A stretch of 64,000 nucleotides of DNA, taken from assembly GCA_028534125.1 (NCBI GenBank), contig CM052816.1, forward strand, positions 14,200,001-14,264,000. The letters run 5' to 3'. Position numbers and translations under genes: made by a program. The first letter of the stretch is position 1; every line of letters begins with the position of its first letter. Shown piece by piece: positions 12,385 to 25,799 of this stretch. The stretch is from Lama glama. Lineage: Eukaryota. Below the pieces are notes generated by a model. It was not told where the DNA came from. It did not search any database and worked only from the letters and a program-made list of their open reading frames with translations.

Positions 12385-13045
12385 CCACTTTTCACAAAGA
12401 ACATTTTTAAATGTAGAGAAGAGCTGAAAAAATAAAACAGGGAACATCCTTATCTCAACCACTCAAATGCAACAATTGTAAATACTTTGTCCTGTTTGCT
12501 TTATCTGCGTGTATATATCATATGTAGATTTTTATTTAGAAAAAATACAAAATAACTTGCAAATATTCCCTCATGCATCTGCCAAAATATCGACATTCTC
12601 TTCATAATCACTCTACTACTATCACACCTAAGAACATTAATACGAATTTCCTAATACCAAGCAAACCAGTTTAAGAGTCAAATTTCTCTCATACTCCCCA
12701 AAATGTCTTGTATTTCTTTATTTGACCCAGAATGCAATAGTTAATGCACTGCATGCAACTGTTATGTGTTTTTAGCCTCTTTTAATCTAGAACTGTACTC
12801 CCAACGTTTTTCATTCAATGACATGGGCTTTCTGAAGGGTCCCGCCTGCTGCCCTATGGAATACTCCATGTTCTTGATTAGTCTGTTTCCTCGTGGTGTT
12901 ACTTAACTTGTTTCTGTATCCCTTTTATTTCTGTAAACTGAAAGTAGAGGCTCGATTAGATTCAGGTTAAATATTTGGGGTAAGAATGTTCTACAGGTGG
13001 TGCTGGTCCCTCCTGTTGCGTCGCCTCAGGAGGGCTGTGATGCCA
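12385..13045 (-). mobile_element. Old LINE-1 3' end (L1MC-like)
   Basis: GACATTCTCTTTCATAATCAC..ATCACACCTAAGAACATTAA..GATTAGATTCAGGTTAAATATTTGGG typical of antisense L1MC. Confidence 0.7.
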
Positions 13046-14828
13046 AGGGACTCTCAGAGCCTACACTCTGACCTGCCAATCAGAGGCCAGTCCCCTATCC
13101 AGGAGGAAGGGTAAGGGAAGGGCTAAGGATGAATCTGCGGACCACTGGAAAAATCCAGACTGAGGAATTCCTTACTGAGTGTTGTCTGGTTGGGAGAATG
13201 GAAAATCCATGGGAAAGAATAGGGTAAGACAAGGGAGGGACAGATGACCTTGACTTCCAGGAGCCTTTTTTTTTCTCTCTAAGCAGTTGTAAAATATGCC
13301 AACCACTTCAAAGAAAAGGACAGCTCCCCACTGTGAAGCACAAACACATAGACTTGTGCCTCATTCACAGGTGAGCTGCACCCCACCACCCGCAGCAGGA
13401 CCCTATTCACAACCAAGGATGTTCGTCTCTCTTAAGTGGTCCCTTTTGTCCATCAAATTATGTTTTGTTTTGCTTTGTTTCGTTTTTTGGTTAAGGATGG
13501 TCTTGTTGCAAGAAATAAAAAATCCACTTAAGGTACCAATGTGAAAAAGGATGTATCACAAGGAAACATATATTTAAAAACAGACAGACTCTTAGGGATC
13601 CCCAGACAAGAACTGTCCAGCTGCTCTCACACCACACCTAGATAATTACGGCAGACATGCTCTGGAGTGTCTGGCCAGCACATAATCCCCCACGGACCCT
13701 AAAAGCCCTGGGTTTCAGGACCTCTTCCTTTGGCCACTGGGTCAGGAACTGGTGACCTCATCAGGATTTACCCTGGTCCCACTGGATTCTGCCCCCCCAG
13801 GAATCTGACATTAGAACTAAGACAGGCTGGTCCGTCTCTGGACCAGTTGCTGGAATCGAGGATGTGTCACTTCAGTAAAGCTGAGAAAGGCCAGAAGCGT
13901 GTCGCAGAGGCATCCCTGAGGCTCCTTCATGAAACAGCACAAACATACAGACCTGGGCCTTATACTACATGAGCTTTTTGGCTTAAGCCAGTTTGTAAGG
14001 AGTCTGTGTAACCTGCCACTAAATCAGCCTGACCCAGCAGTGAGCATACCAGGGCAGGGCAGAGGAGCAGGCTGCCCTGTGGGGAGGAATATCTTACCAC
14101 AGACATTGTTCAGAACTGCTGGTGTATGGCGAGCAGGCCTCTGTTTCCGTTTCATTCCTAACTTTTCATTCCCTGCAGACAATGTGCCCCTGAGTGTCTG
14201 CACCAGGTGGCTGCTCCCAACCACCTTGCTCTTGGGACACCACAAAGACTAGGTCAGTGAGGGCCAGACCAGAAAGGGTTTGGAAATGTTTCTGGAAGTC
14301 TGTGTTTCCCTCTGCATTCCAGCCCTAATTCAAATGTGATTCTGGAAGGAGCCCCCAGAAAGAATTCCCAAGGCGCCTGAAGGTTTTCCTTCTTGCCAGC
14401 CTGTAGAGGGCAGAGGACAGGTCCTGCCCATGGGACTCAGCCCCGGACGTCGGCAGGGCCAGAGCCTGAGTCTTCGGCCTGTTCCCAGCTCCAGCTAAGC
14501 ACCCCTCCAGTGGCCGCATCAGTCCCCAGTATGGACTTCCTCAAGCAGAGATGGCTAGTCTCCTCCTCCTCCTCTTTGTGCGAACGTCCCCTCCTCTGTT
14601 TACTCAATGAGATCCAGTTCTTAAGAGGAAGTGAGGGTCACAGATGGGAGCCCAGAAGGCTTCCTGGCAGAGAAGGTGAACTTGTACACAAGACCTCAGG
14701 ACCCAACCCAAGTGTTACCACCTTCTCCAGAAACATCCCAAGAATGCCTGCCTTCTCCCAGGCCCGTGGGGGCTTCCCCCTGCAAGGCCCAGATAAACGC
14801 TATCTCAGGGAAGCAACATTGTCTAATG

Positions 14829-15660
14829 CTTAAGAATGTGGTCTCTGTAACCCAGCTGCCTGGGTATGAATTCCGGCTTCACGGTTTAACAATCAGTTAC
14901 TTCAGACAGGTTATGTGATCTTACTGAGCCTCGATTTTTTAAAAACAATTTTAGTGAAGTAGACTTTACACATCATAAAATTCACAATTTAATGATTGTG
15001 CAATTTAATAATTTTTAGTAAATTTACTGAGTTGTGCAACCCTAATTGAATTTTAGGAGATTGCTATGACCTCATAAAATCCCTTGTGCCCCTTTAGAGT
15101 TAATCCTTATTTCAATCCTCAGCCCCGAGGGACCATTAATCTACTTTCTGTCTCCATAGATTTGCCTTTTCTGAACATTTCATATAAATGAAATCATACA
15201 ATATGTGGCCTTTTGTGTCTGGCTTCTTTCACTGAGCATAATGTTTTTAAGGTTTATCTACAATGTAGCATGTATCAGTACTTCATTCCTTTTTATTGCC
15301 AAATAATATTCCAGTGCATGGAATATATACATATTTTTATCTATTCGTCAAATGATAGATATTTCTGGTTTGAAGCTACTAAAAACAGTGCTACGATGAA
15401 CGTTTGAGTTTAAGTTTTTGTGCAGACACTGTTTCAGCTCTCTTGGGCATATACCTAGGAGTGGAATTGCTGGGCTGTATCTTAAATTGAGGTCTAATGC
15501 TTTAAGAAACTACCACACAGTTTTCCAAAGTGGCTCAGCCTTGATTTTATTATTGAAAACTCAGTACACTGAGTCCGTACCTTGTCTGAGTCAATGAATG
15601 AATGAGTCCATGTATGCAAAGCACTCAGCACAGTGCCTGGCTTGAAGTAAGTGCTCGCGA
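14829..15660 (+). mobile_element. MIR split in two by an antisense L1
   Basis: MIR 5' half ends at about 14936; MIR 3' half (CAAAGCACTCAGCACAGTGCCTGG..GTAAGTGCTC) resumes at about 15534. Confidence 0.7.
14939..15533 (-). mobile_element. LINE-1 3' end (L1MB-like)
   Basis: ATCTACTTTCTGTCTCCATAGATTTGCC..ATACCTAGGAGTGGAATTGCTGGG; degenerate TSD CTGAGCCTCGATTTT (14924-14938) / CTCAGCCTTGATTTT (15534-15548). Confidence 0.85.
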
Positions 15661-17139
15661 AAGACTGCATATGCTAGCTGGTATAATTAGCTCCTAATTC
15701 TTTGACTAATTCTTCCTTGGAGGCAGGGACTGTGTTTGATTTGAGTCTTTTTCCCCAGCCCTAGCAGAGTCTCAGGAACTTGAATACAGGGCCCATTACA
15801 GGACAGAAGAGGGCAGAGCCGTCCCAGAGGCACATGGTACCATGCGGTTCAAGAGGGAGGGTCCTGCTGAGTGAATGGGGCAGGGCTTCCTGGAGGCAGT
15901 GGCCATTAAGCTGGACTTTGAAGGCTGCCTTCTGCAAGGGTACAAGACTGATCCATAAACAGATACTCTTCACACCTCAGGTAAAGCATCCACAATATCT
16001 CCCCTTGGACTGAACCCTGGGGCCCCCTATTTTCCACTGGCATGGAGGGAAAATGATGGGGGACACTTTCTGCCTACTTTCTCCATTATCCAGCAAAAGT
16101 TGGGAGAAAGACTTGCAAGGCACCTGACAGCTCTCTCCAGCACTGAATCATTCTCCCCACCCTCTGCCCTTGACCACTGAGACTCAGAGCAGGCTCTGGG
16201 GTGACCCTCCATGGGGCTGGGCCACAGGCTTTGGAATTAACTGCTCCCCCCTCCTTAGGAGACCCCTCCAGCTCCTTCCCGCCCATCCTCCTTCATGCCC
16301 CAGGTCCCAGCCACTGCCCCACTCACTGTCTTCTCCAGGAGAATCAGGATGCACTGGGGTGCTTACTCTCTGCCCATCTCCCTCTTACTTTCCTCCTGCA
16401 CCACTGACAAGAGCAGAAACCTCTGCCCCAACCCCAGCCCCAGACAGCCTCCAGCCTGATTTACCTGAGGCTTTGGTTCTAATGTACTGTAGAAGTCTTC
16501 CACTGCTGGACCGGTAGCAGTCACACCGATGGCTCACCTCCACCTCTCACATCTGCCGGAAGCCCACCCCCCACCAGCCCCACCAGCCCCACCAGCCCAA
16601 AGACAGCTCGGGCTGGGGGAAGGCGGGGGAGGAGCAGAGGAAACACTTCCTATCCCAGAAGGCAATTTCAAAATCAACGCATTGCGGACCCAACAGCAAG
16701 CCAACTGCACGTTTAAGGAAATCAGTGGAATGTATGCAATTAATTAAAGGGTAAGACTCAAGGCAGACTAAATACTGGAAATCAGGAACTGGAGTCCAAG
16801 TCCCTTCATGATCGTAAGGGGGAACTTCCCGATTTGATTGCAGAAGGCAATTTACTTCAATTAGTAGTGACATAAACAGGGTGATTGCTTAATAGGAGTG
16901 CCGAATCTCTAAAAAATAAACAGCCCGAATTGCATCCCTTACCATTATATTAGTGGAATGGGATAGCTTTTCCCGAGACAGGTTTGATTAACCCCTTAGG
17001 AGCCACCCCACTCCCAAACAGGGAGCTGCCTGTCTCCTGCAAAGTCTCTACATTGTAGCCCTAACATTTGTTGTGCATTTAATACGTGCTAATCAATTTG
17101 ATTGTTGCTTTCATGTCTTTTAATCCCCTCAAACAAGGG

Positions 17140-17700
17140 AGTCAGCTTTTCAAATACATTTCTAACCATATCATTCCCCTGCTTAACTTAAAACCTCCTC
17201 AAGGCTTCCCAACAATTTATCATGGTCTGAAAGCCCCACAAGATCCGTCCCCTGCTTGCCTCTCCCATCTCCACTCAGAGTACTCTCCCACTTACTCACT
17301 ACACTGTACATTTGTAATCACTGCCTATTCCTGAAATATACCAAGATTGTTGCCACCTCAAGGTCTCTGCACCTGCTGTTCCCTCTGCCTGGAATGCTCT
17401 TCCTTCCTTTCTGTGTAGAACTGACTTCTCACCTCCAGACCTCAGATTAAACATCACCTCCTCAGGGAGGCCTGCTCTGTCTGCCCCATCGTTACCACTC
17501 CCTTCTGGCTTCTGATCTGACACTTAGAATTACCACTAATTATCTTGTGTGTTTATTGTTGAAATATTTCTTGTTTGTTGTCTGCCACCCTCTCCGCCAT
17601 AACGTCCTTGAAAGCAGAGATCCTGCCTCCTGTCTGGCTTGTTCACTGCACCAGGTCAAGCACACTGTAGGCAGCCAGAAGGTATCTGCTTAATAAAGGA
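17140..17700 (+). mobile_element. LINE-2 3' fragment
   Basis: CTGCTGTTCCCTCTGCCTGGAATGCTCTTCC..ACATCACCTCCTCAGGGAGGCCT L2 hallmark. Confidence 0.8.
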
Positions 17701-19019
17701 AGTATTAGCCCTGCTTCTATCCAGGTGAAAGAATCGAGGTCCAGAGAAGTTAAGCCACTCCTTCCACTGTCAAACAGCGGGTAAATGGCGGAGCTGGGGT
17801 TCAGACAGCTCCCTCGCATGGAGCTACACTAAACAACCCTTTAGACTGTTTTTGAGAAGCCTCCCTTCCCCGCATCCACCTTCCCCCACTGCCGTCTCCC
17901 CGTAGCCACCCCAGCCCCAAGAAGCAGGCACCCATCCAACCAGCTGGGAGAGCATTAGAACCACCACAGCCCCAGAGCAAAATCTCTTCTTCCCGCTGAA
18001 CACCCTTCCATCATGGGGATGGTTGGTACTGCTGCTCCTCAGCTGGGCAGGGTCTTTATTCCAAGGTCAGAAGTTAAAGACCATAAGACCTTCTTCCTCT
18101 GGCTCCTCATCTGGAGGATTTAGGTAATGAACTAGGCTCCTCTTAGGAAAGGCACCCCCGGCTGGGAATGTGGAGGCTGTAGAAAATCTGCTTGGAGGAA
18201 CTTAAGCTGCCCAGTGACTACCACCCCGCGCACCGCCAAACCCCAGCCTCGGCCCAGCTCTCCACACTGCCAGTTGGGTGGGGGCTGCCTGGGCCTTATC
18301 CTGGGCTGGTTTAAACTGGAAAGAGAAGGCTGAGGAAGCCAAGCTCTGGCAGGAGAAGTGGCCAGGAGAAGATCAGAGAGAGGATGAGAGTTGAGAAAAA
18401 CTGGGCGGAAGAGCCCCCGCTCTGGGCTGCCGTGGTGTGGGACTCTGAGCCTTTCCCCGGGGCCAGGCAGATGGGGCAGGGGCTGACCGGAAAGCAAAGC
18501 TCTTCCCCTGCCTGTGCCCGCCAGACGCCGGCTGACTGAGCCTCACTGTCTTCCTCTGGCCCCTCCACATCGTCACCCTCGGGAGGTCAAGTGCGGCTGT
18601 CATCACAGCTTCACTGTCATTCTCTGTGTGACCTTGAGCAGAACTTTAACCTCTCTGCAGCCACTTCTGGTTGATAAAGATATCACAATACTCATCCTGC
18701 CTAAAGGCCAAGTTTCAACAGCTTTAAAAAAGGCAATGAATGGGAAAAAGGATAAAGTACACCAAGGGGATATACTCTTGTTTCAGCCTAAGTAGGAAAC
18801 AGACTTTAACATTTAGTAAACATCCACTGTCAAAGGTAGCTTTTTGATGCCTCATGTTTAGAGAAAACTGATGTTCACAGAGCACCTTGCCTCCAGCTAC
18901 TGAGCACCGACGCCCAGGCGTCCATCACTGTCCCTGATGCCTGCGTTCAGCTGAGACTTTGGCACTCAGACCTGATCCAATCAGACAAAATCCCGGGGAG
19001 AAGGGAGCAGCCTAGGAGC

Positions 19020-19370
19020 ATTCCCTGAATGCAGGTGAAGAGCACTGGGATGTGAGGGGGGCACAGGGTCCAAGATGAAGATGGAAGGGGACAGAATCAG
19101 ATCATGGGGCTTCCCAGGCCATAGAAAGGGGTTTTCATTATTCTGTTCCAAGTTACAATAAGAAAGCAATAATAAAAAAAAAAAAACCAACCTCTTTAAA
19201 AGAAACTCTAGTAGCATGGAGATGGCCCGTGGGCAATAGGGCCCAGCAGGGGGTGGGAGGGGTGGTGGACTTAAAGGGAAGAGGATGGATTTGAATTCAA
19301 GAGACATTTTGGACGTAGAACCCATGGGACCCGTTGGATGTGGGCGAGGATGATCAGAAGACAGTGCTAG
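19020..19370 (-). mobile_element. LINE-2 fragment
   Basis: ATGGATTTGAATTCAAGAGACATTTTGGACGTAGAA..GGATGTGGG resembles antisense L2. Confidence 0.55.
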
Positions 19371-19789
19371 AGGTTGAAAATACTTAACAAAGGAGTAAAG
19401 CAAAAACCCCAAGCTGCCTTCTTGCTAGAGACACTTAAAACATTTAAGAAGATTCCAAACCTAATGGATAAACATGGAAAAACTCTCGAAAACAAGTCTC
19501 ATGTATGCCCTCAGGAAACAGGGATGTATGGCGCCTCTAACCCCATTGGCTGGAGCCATCTGCTCCTTTCTTTAATTAAGCTCCCTAAGCCCCTTCACTG
19601 TTAATTATTCCCAGCTCCTCGGTGGGACAGGACCTTTTCTCATGAGATTCCGGCCCAGCACAGCCTTCAGAAATGCCTTAGTGTGCCTTTACTTAGGCTT
19701 TGGCTCCAGCTTCGGGCCTCAGAGCTTCAAATTCCCCTGTGACCATGGGGAAGAAAGACTGAGGCCCATTTGAGGCCATACAATGTTTT

Positions 19790-20075
19790 CCAAGGAGCTC
19801 AAGTGTCACCTCCTCTGTGAGGCTCACCCTGACTACTCTAAAATAGGAATTCCACCTCCCTGTTATTCTCTATCTCTATACTCAGAGGTTTTTGTTTGTT
19901 TGTTTGGGGTTTTTTTTAAATTCATGATGATTATCATAATTTATAATTACCAATGACTCATTAGATTACTCTTGGCCTCCCTTCCCTAGCAGGCTGGGCC
20001 CTTCTGTCTCTTTAGGCTATATCTGCAGCCCCCAAGTACACTGCAGTCACCTAGTAGGTGGTTTAAATTTACCCA
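19790..20075 (+). mobile_element. LINE-2 3' fragment
   Basis: AGCTCAAGTGTCACCTCCTCTGTGAGGCT.. start and ..TAGTAGGTG end. Confidence 0.6.
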
Positions 20076-20679
20076 TTAAATTCAAGGCACTGGACTGGGG
20101 CTTTGAAAGCTCCCATCAAGCCTTCCCTCTTGTCTCTTTCTGGCTCCACAGCTCTAACTGCCACTGCCAACTTGTGTCCCCAGCACAGAGATACCTCCCA
20201 GGCATTTTGTTCTCCAGGGTGGCGGAGGTGGGGGGGTCTATCAGTCCAGCTGGCTGCTGAATGCATCAAGTCACTGAGGTCAAAGAGGTTACTGATATCA
20301 AAAAGCAAAGCCAGGCCTCATTTGTTAAATGATGGTACTCAGCAGATTATTGCAAGTGTAAGTTTTTTAAAAAGGATCCTGAGTGCCCGCCAAATGGTGG
20401 GCACAGCGCTCAGAGCCAGGACGTGGTGGACAAGACCAATATGGTCCCTGACCCTCTCGGAGCTCACAATCTAATGGGTTCCTCAAAGTCTTTTCCAAGA
20501 GCCATCTGTTCCCCAGGCCAGATGTCCATGGCCAGGGCCTCCAGCTCTACCCTCCCCCATCTCTGCATGTGGCAGCTTTCAAGATGCCCAAGGAAGGATT
20601 CCATGCAGCAAACCCCACCTCCACTGACTTCAGGCCAAGGAGACACTAGGAATGAAGCTTTCAAGCTTTCCTGGCCCAG

Positions 20680-21010
20680 CCCTGTGGCTCATTAACTACA
20701 TGACCCTAAGAACATGACCTCCGTAAACTCTATTTCTTCCCCTGCAAAAGAAGATCACGAGTCCCCACCCCGAAGGGTGGTTATGAGGATTCAGTTAGAT
20801 GATGCTCATGATAACTGCTGATGTTTTTGAAGTTCTTTGCTAGTGCCAGACACTGGGCTAAGAGCTTTGGCCGAATTATCACATTTAATCTTCCCAACAA
20901 CCCCATAAGGAGAGCTGTTATCACCCCTGCTTTTAGAGATGAGGATAGACATTACATCAGTGCCCAGTGTCACGCAGCCAGCAAGTGGCAGAGCTAGGAT
21001 GCAGACCCAC
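20680..21010. mobile_element. Two adjacent MIR fragments in opposite orientation
   Basis: Sense MIR about 20680-20810 (GGTTATGAGGATTCAGTTAGATGAT), antisense MIR about 20820-21010 (TTTAATCTTCCCAACAACCC..GATGAGGA). Confidence 0.6.
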
Positions 21011-22419
21011 CATGGTCACTGCAGTCTACCCTACAAGCCATTTCCTTATGCGGCCTCCCGCTGTGAATGCAGGCAAAGTGCATGGCTGGGCGTCTGGTAC
21101 GAAGTAAGTGCTCAGTACATGGTACCTTTTATTCAGCAACCGGAGGCTCCCAATACAAGGTTGCCCCAGCTCTGACAGTTTGGGATTGGCCTGTGACCTC
21201 CCAGCAGTCAGACTCTCCCTGACCCTTTCCTGTTCCAAGCCCCAAATCTGCCTCCTTATAGAAGCTCAGATGGGAACAGACGGTGGCTGTCCTCTCCCTG
21301 TCACCTCCCCGACAGCCCAATCACTATGGGCCACCCGAAGCCTCATCTGGCTGAAGACCCAGATCTGAGCCTCCGTGAAGATGCTGAGGGGCCAAGTTTG
21401 CCTCAAGGGTCTATTTTTGGCTCTCCCTGTCCCCTTCACCCTACCTGCAGGTCCCAGCCTGAATGAAAACAGCAGGGGCCTGGGAGGTAGCTCCAGGTAC
21501 CACTGGGACCAGCACAACTCAGTTCCAAAGAAAATGGTAGTATGAGATCATTCATTATAATACTCAGCTCCCAGAAGAAACCACTGCAAGCCCCATCCAA
21601 ACCACAGACAGCTCTGGCAGCCTCGGTATCCTCTTACGGTTACATAAGCTTTGCAGGGAAATAAATACCAACTCATCTCAAAGGAATTTTAAGGGCTAAT
21701 AAACCTTAACCAGTCTGTGCAGAGAGGGCTCCTTTCCGAGGGAGGGACTGCGGTTTTAGGGAGGGAGGACTGAGAGGGCTCCGGGGCAGGACTTAGAGGA
21801 GACCCTGTGGGTCGGGCTGCAGGGCCATTCTTCAGAGAGCTCAGCCCTGTGCCCTTGGCCAGCCCCTCCTTATATACCATCAGAAGCCACCATCAGATGG
21901 GTAGTGAGTTCCCCATCACAGGAGGTGTTCAAGCATATTCAAAGATAAACTGCATGGCTCTAAGGGACTTTCTAGTTCCAGGATATTATTATATTATGAC
22001 TTTCAAGTATAGGAACCTACCCTTGGCATCAACAAAAGGCAGGATAGTATAGGAGAAAGTACTGGCATCTAGAAACTGAAGACCCGTAATTTTATACTAG
22101 CTGGGTGACCTTGGGCAAGTTGCTTCACCTTTTTTGAGCCTCAGTAAAACAGAAATAACAATACTGTCTTCTGCCTGTCCCACCTGTCAGAAAGGAGCAG
22201 ATAAATTGCAGTGCATTGTGTGAAAAATGCCCGGCAAATTGCGAGATGCTTCGCAAACAGTTAGATGCTGCAGACACACCAGGCATTAAGCAGAGAAGGT
22301 GGCTTCCTGTCTGGGGTGATGCGAAAAGCGCTAAGAGCCCAGCCTGACCATCACTCCATGCGCATAGAAGGCACTGTCTTCTACTGCCCTGTGTTTTCTG
22401 GGGGAAGCAAACCAAGTGT

Positions 22420-22965
22420 GTCTGTAGATTCTGAGCCAGATTCCCTGGTTCTGAATCCTGGATCTGCCACTCACTAGCTGTGGAGCCTCAGCCAACTCAA
22501 CTCACTTGAGCTCCTTGTGCCTCACTTTCCTCATTTAAATAGGTATAATGAGGGTAGGCATCCTAGAGAGGCCTGAGGAGGATGAAGTACAAAATGGATA
22601 CCAAGTGCTGAGAACAATGAAAATACTATACAAGGATTTAGTGTTGTTGTCATTCAGATCTTAACCAGCTAAGTAAGTTAATTACTACCAGCCACTGTCA
22701 CTGAGCAGGAAGAACAATTCGAACGACAGATGGATTTTGAAAAGAGTGGCAGAAACAACCACTAATGTTTAATAAGCAACTAACATGTACCAGGCACCGT
22801 GCTAAGCATTTTACGGACATTATCTTCTCTAATCTCCGTGACAGTCCTTTGAGGTGGTCGCTTATTGTTCCCATGATATAGGAGACTAGGCCTCAGCAAG
22901 TTCATGTGACTTCTCCAAGATCACAGAGCAGGTAAGTGATGGTGTCAAGGCTTGAACTTGGGCAG
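22420..22965. mobile_element. Sense MIR (22420-22640) and antisense MIR (22760-22965)
   Basis: CTGGTTCTGAATCCTGGATCTGCCACTCACTAGCTGTG; CCAGGCACCGTGCTAAGCATTTTAC..AAGATCACAGAGCAGGTAAGTG. Confidence 0.7.
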
Positions 22966-24619
22966 GCTGGTGCTGACGTCAATTCTGTTAGGCTTATCCT
23001 GGCCTCCGGGATCAGAGCCTCTGTAGTGAGAGGCTAAAGGAAACAGGCAGATCATGTGCCGTGAACACAGTGGGCGGCCTGCAGGCTGCACTGCACCAGG
23101 GATCCTCTGGTTTCCAAGGAGGAGGAGAAGGGCCTCCCTTCAGGGCCAGACAAGATGGCAAGGTGTTGGGGAACGAATGGCAAGTGCAAGAAGAGAGTCC
23201 TATCCAAGCCTCAGTGGCCTTTGCCCCTCTGTCTACGGACAGATGTTGGGGGACCTTCCCCCAGAGGAGTGAGCCTGGGTGGGGAGATCAAATGCCAGGA
23301 AGCGAAGCTGCCTGCTCAAGTCAGGTCAAGCCTAGGGAGAGGTAATAAGTAACTGGGCTCAGTGAGAGTCAGCCTGTGTAACCAAGGCAACCACGAGGTT
23401 TCATATGGAGACCGTAGGGCTGGAACGGGCATCCCCCTGCCCCCCAGCCGCAGAGTTGGCAGGTCACATTCCCTGAGTGCCAGGACCAAGGTGCTTAGAC
23501 TCCACTGCTGCCTCCCGCCAAGGAAGGGAGGCCCTGCCAGGTCCTCCAGCAAAGATCTGATTGCCCCTGATATGAAAAGCAACAACTTTTGGCCTCTGCC
23601 CAGAAGTGGCCAAAAACACCCATGGGAGAGAAAGAACCTGTTCAGTCCTCACTTCTCAGACTTCTGTGACTTCCCAAATACCCAGAGGCTGAGAATGCCC
23701 TGGAAAGGTGGAGGCTGGCCCCACTGTGCCAGGCCTGTGCCAAGTGCTGCCAGGCTTCTGAGATCTGGATGCCAAAAGGCAGGCCTGGAGAGAGGTATGG
23801 CCAAGAGGGGACAGGAGAATGGAAGCCTTAGAGGCACCGTGAGGACCTCGAACAGACGCGGCTGTGTAAACCCGCCTGTCTCCTCCTCATTTGCCAGCAG
23901 GCTCCAAGGTGCTAGTTCGGGGAAGCGCTCTGGGTAGCCAACCAAGAGGCTCACAGGCCGGCTGTGCAAGGCGCTCTTCCCACAGAGCCTCACCCACGTG
24001 GCAGGCAGGCAGCTGGCAGCTTGTTTTATGAACATCCAAAATCCAAGGGGTACCACAAAACCACGCTGGGCTGCAGACAACGGACTGAGAAGGCCAATGC
24101 TGGGGATGCCCCTGCGTCCTCCCCCTGGACTGGGCTCCTGCCAGGCTCTGCCGGGTGCGGGGTAGCGGTGGGAATCCACTCCCTGTCCACCAGGCCCGGA
24201 AGTCTTCCAAGTCTCAGCATCCAGCCCTGTGACTGGGAACACCTTCTGTCGCCCCAGGTGGCCTTGAAAATGGGAAACAGTGGAGCGGGGGTGGGGGTCC
24301 AGGACATAGCTCAGAGGGTCAGTAACTGAAGGAGATGACTTGGAACCCTCTGATAGCTGGAGTCCTTTCACTGCTCGTTACTAATTTCTGACGAAGGGGA
24401 AGAAATCAGCAGTTTGGGGAACCCTGGTGCCTAAGGGGTGGTATGGGGGGGGGCAGGGGGCAATGTTACCTAATTTTCCAAAACTGTCTTTTTTCACTAA
24501 ACAATATGTTGAGGATATTTTTGTGTGTCAGGAGATATAGTTGTGTGCATTCATTTTATAATATAAAGTGATAAAAATTATTTTCAGGTACATTTTCAGC
24601 TAAGATTTGGAGGGTGTGA

Positions 24620-24650
24620 AGATGGATGGATGGATGGATGGATGGATGGA
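24620..24650. repeat. (GGAT)n microsatellite
   Basis: Directly visible, about 7 units. Confidence 0.95.
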
Positions 24651-25139
24651 CAGAAAAACAAGTTAGGGCTTCTCATCCCTCTTGCTTGATCACAGTCACA
24701 AAGATATCACAGATCTTAAGACTGGAAGGGCTTAGCTTAGGGTCAACCTTCTTGTGAATGCACCTCCCTAACCACTTGCGTGGTCCTCTCCCCCCACTGG
24801 TCTTTACCTCTGTAAGCTTTCCTTTCCCTTCTGAGCACTTCATCACAATGTTAACTGGCTGCTTTTTGTGCATCATCTTTGTCCTCACTAGGCTGTGAGC
24901 TCTGCAAGAACAGATGTATTCTAAGCACCTAGCATAATTCTAGTGAGCATTCAATTAATGAGTCTTCACTTCCTAAAATGAACACATAATGAGTATTCAA
25001 TTCATATTTGTTAAATAAATGAACAAATACTAAGTTCAGAGGGAGGTGCCAAGTGACATAAGATGTGGTCCCTACTTTTTGTCTTACTATATAAGGAGTA
25101 AAAAAGATGGTTGTGTGGAAATAAGTAATCAATTAATGA

Positions 25140-25420
25140 GAACATTCAACAAATGGTCTTGGAATAACGGTGCAAGGCATTCATAAGCAAAAAGAATGAA
25201 ACTCAGCTAAATCCCATAACTTACATAATAATTAGTTCAAAATGGACCATCAATCTAAATGTAAAATACAAAACTTTTAGAAGGAAATGGGAGAAAATTT
25301 TCATGAACTAGAGTTAGGTGAAAAGTTCTTAGACATGACACCAAAATCACGATCCATAAAAGAAAACAATTGATTAAACTGGACTTCATCAAAACTTAAA
25401 ATTTTTTATCTGCGAAAGAC
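25140..25420 (+). mobile_element. LINE-1 ORF2 fragment
   Basis: TTCAACAAATGG..TTCTTAGACATGACACCAAAATCACGATCCATAAAAGAAAA..CTGGACTTCATCAAAA. Confidence 0.8.
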
Positions 25421-25479
25421 TCAAGCCTACAGCAGCAGAAGCATACACCCAGACCTCTGCTACCATTTCATGGAGAGGG

Positions 25480-25725
25480 CAGAATGTGACTTCCCACCCT
25501 TGACTCTGGGCCTTGGAACTTGCACTGGTCAATGAGACATTTTAGATGTGAAGTGAGCAGACACTTGAGATACATTTGTGCATGACTTGCTTTTCAGCCA
25601 TGAAAAGAATGTGCCTTGGGGACCTGACAATCCAAGGAGGATGAGAGACTCGTGGTGCAGACCTGGACCCAACCTGCAGCCTGGAGCCAAGACCAACAGA
25701 GCCTAGATCAGCTGGACCCCGGTAG
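25480..25725 (+). mobile_element. MaLR LTR fragment (older MLT1)
   Basis: GTGACTTCCCACCCTTGACTCTGGGC..GCAGACCTGGACCCAACCTGCAGCCTGGAGCC. Confidence 0.55.
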
Positions 25726-25799
25726 TCCAAAGACAGTTCAGCATCACACACACGACACGTCTCATCAGCCTCTTTCAATGTGAAACAGGTCCGCAGCCT

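Noticed and set aside
23362..24371. Overlapping 191-aa and 240-aa ORFs on opposite strands
   Set aside because: No recognisable homology or exon structure; stop-poor GC-rich sequence
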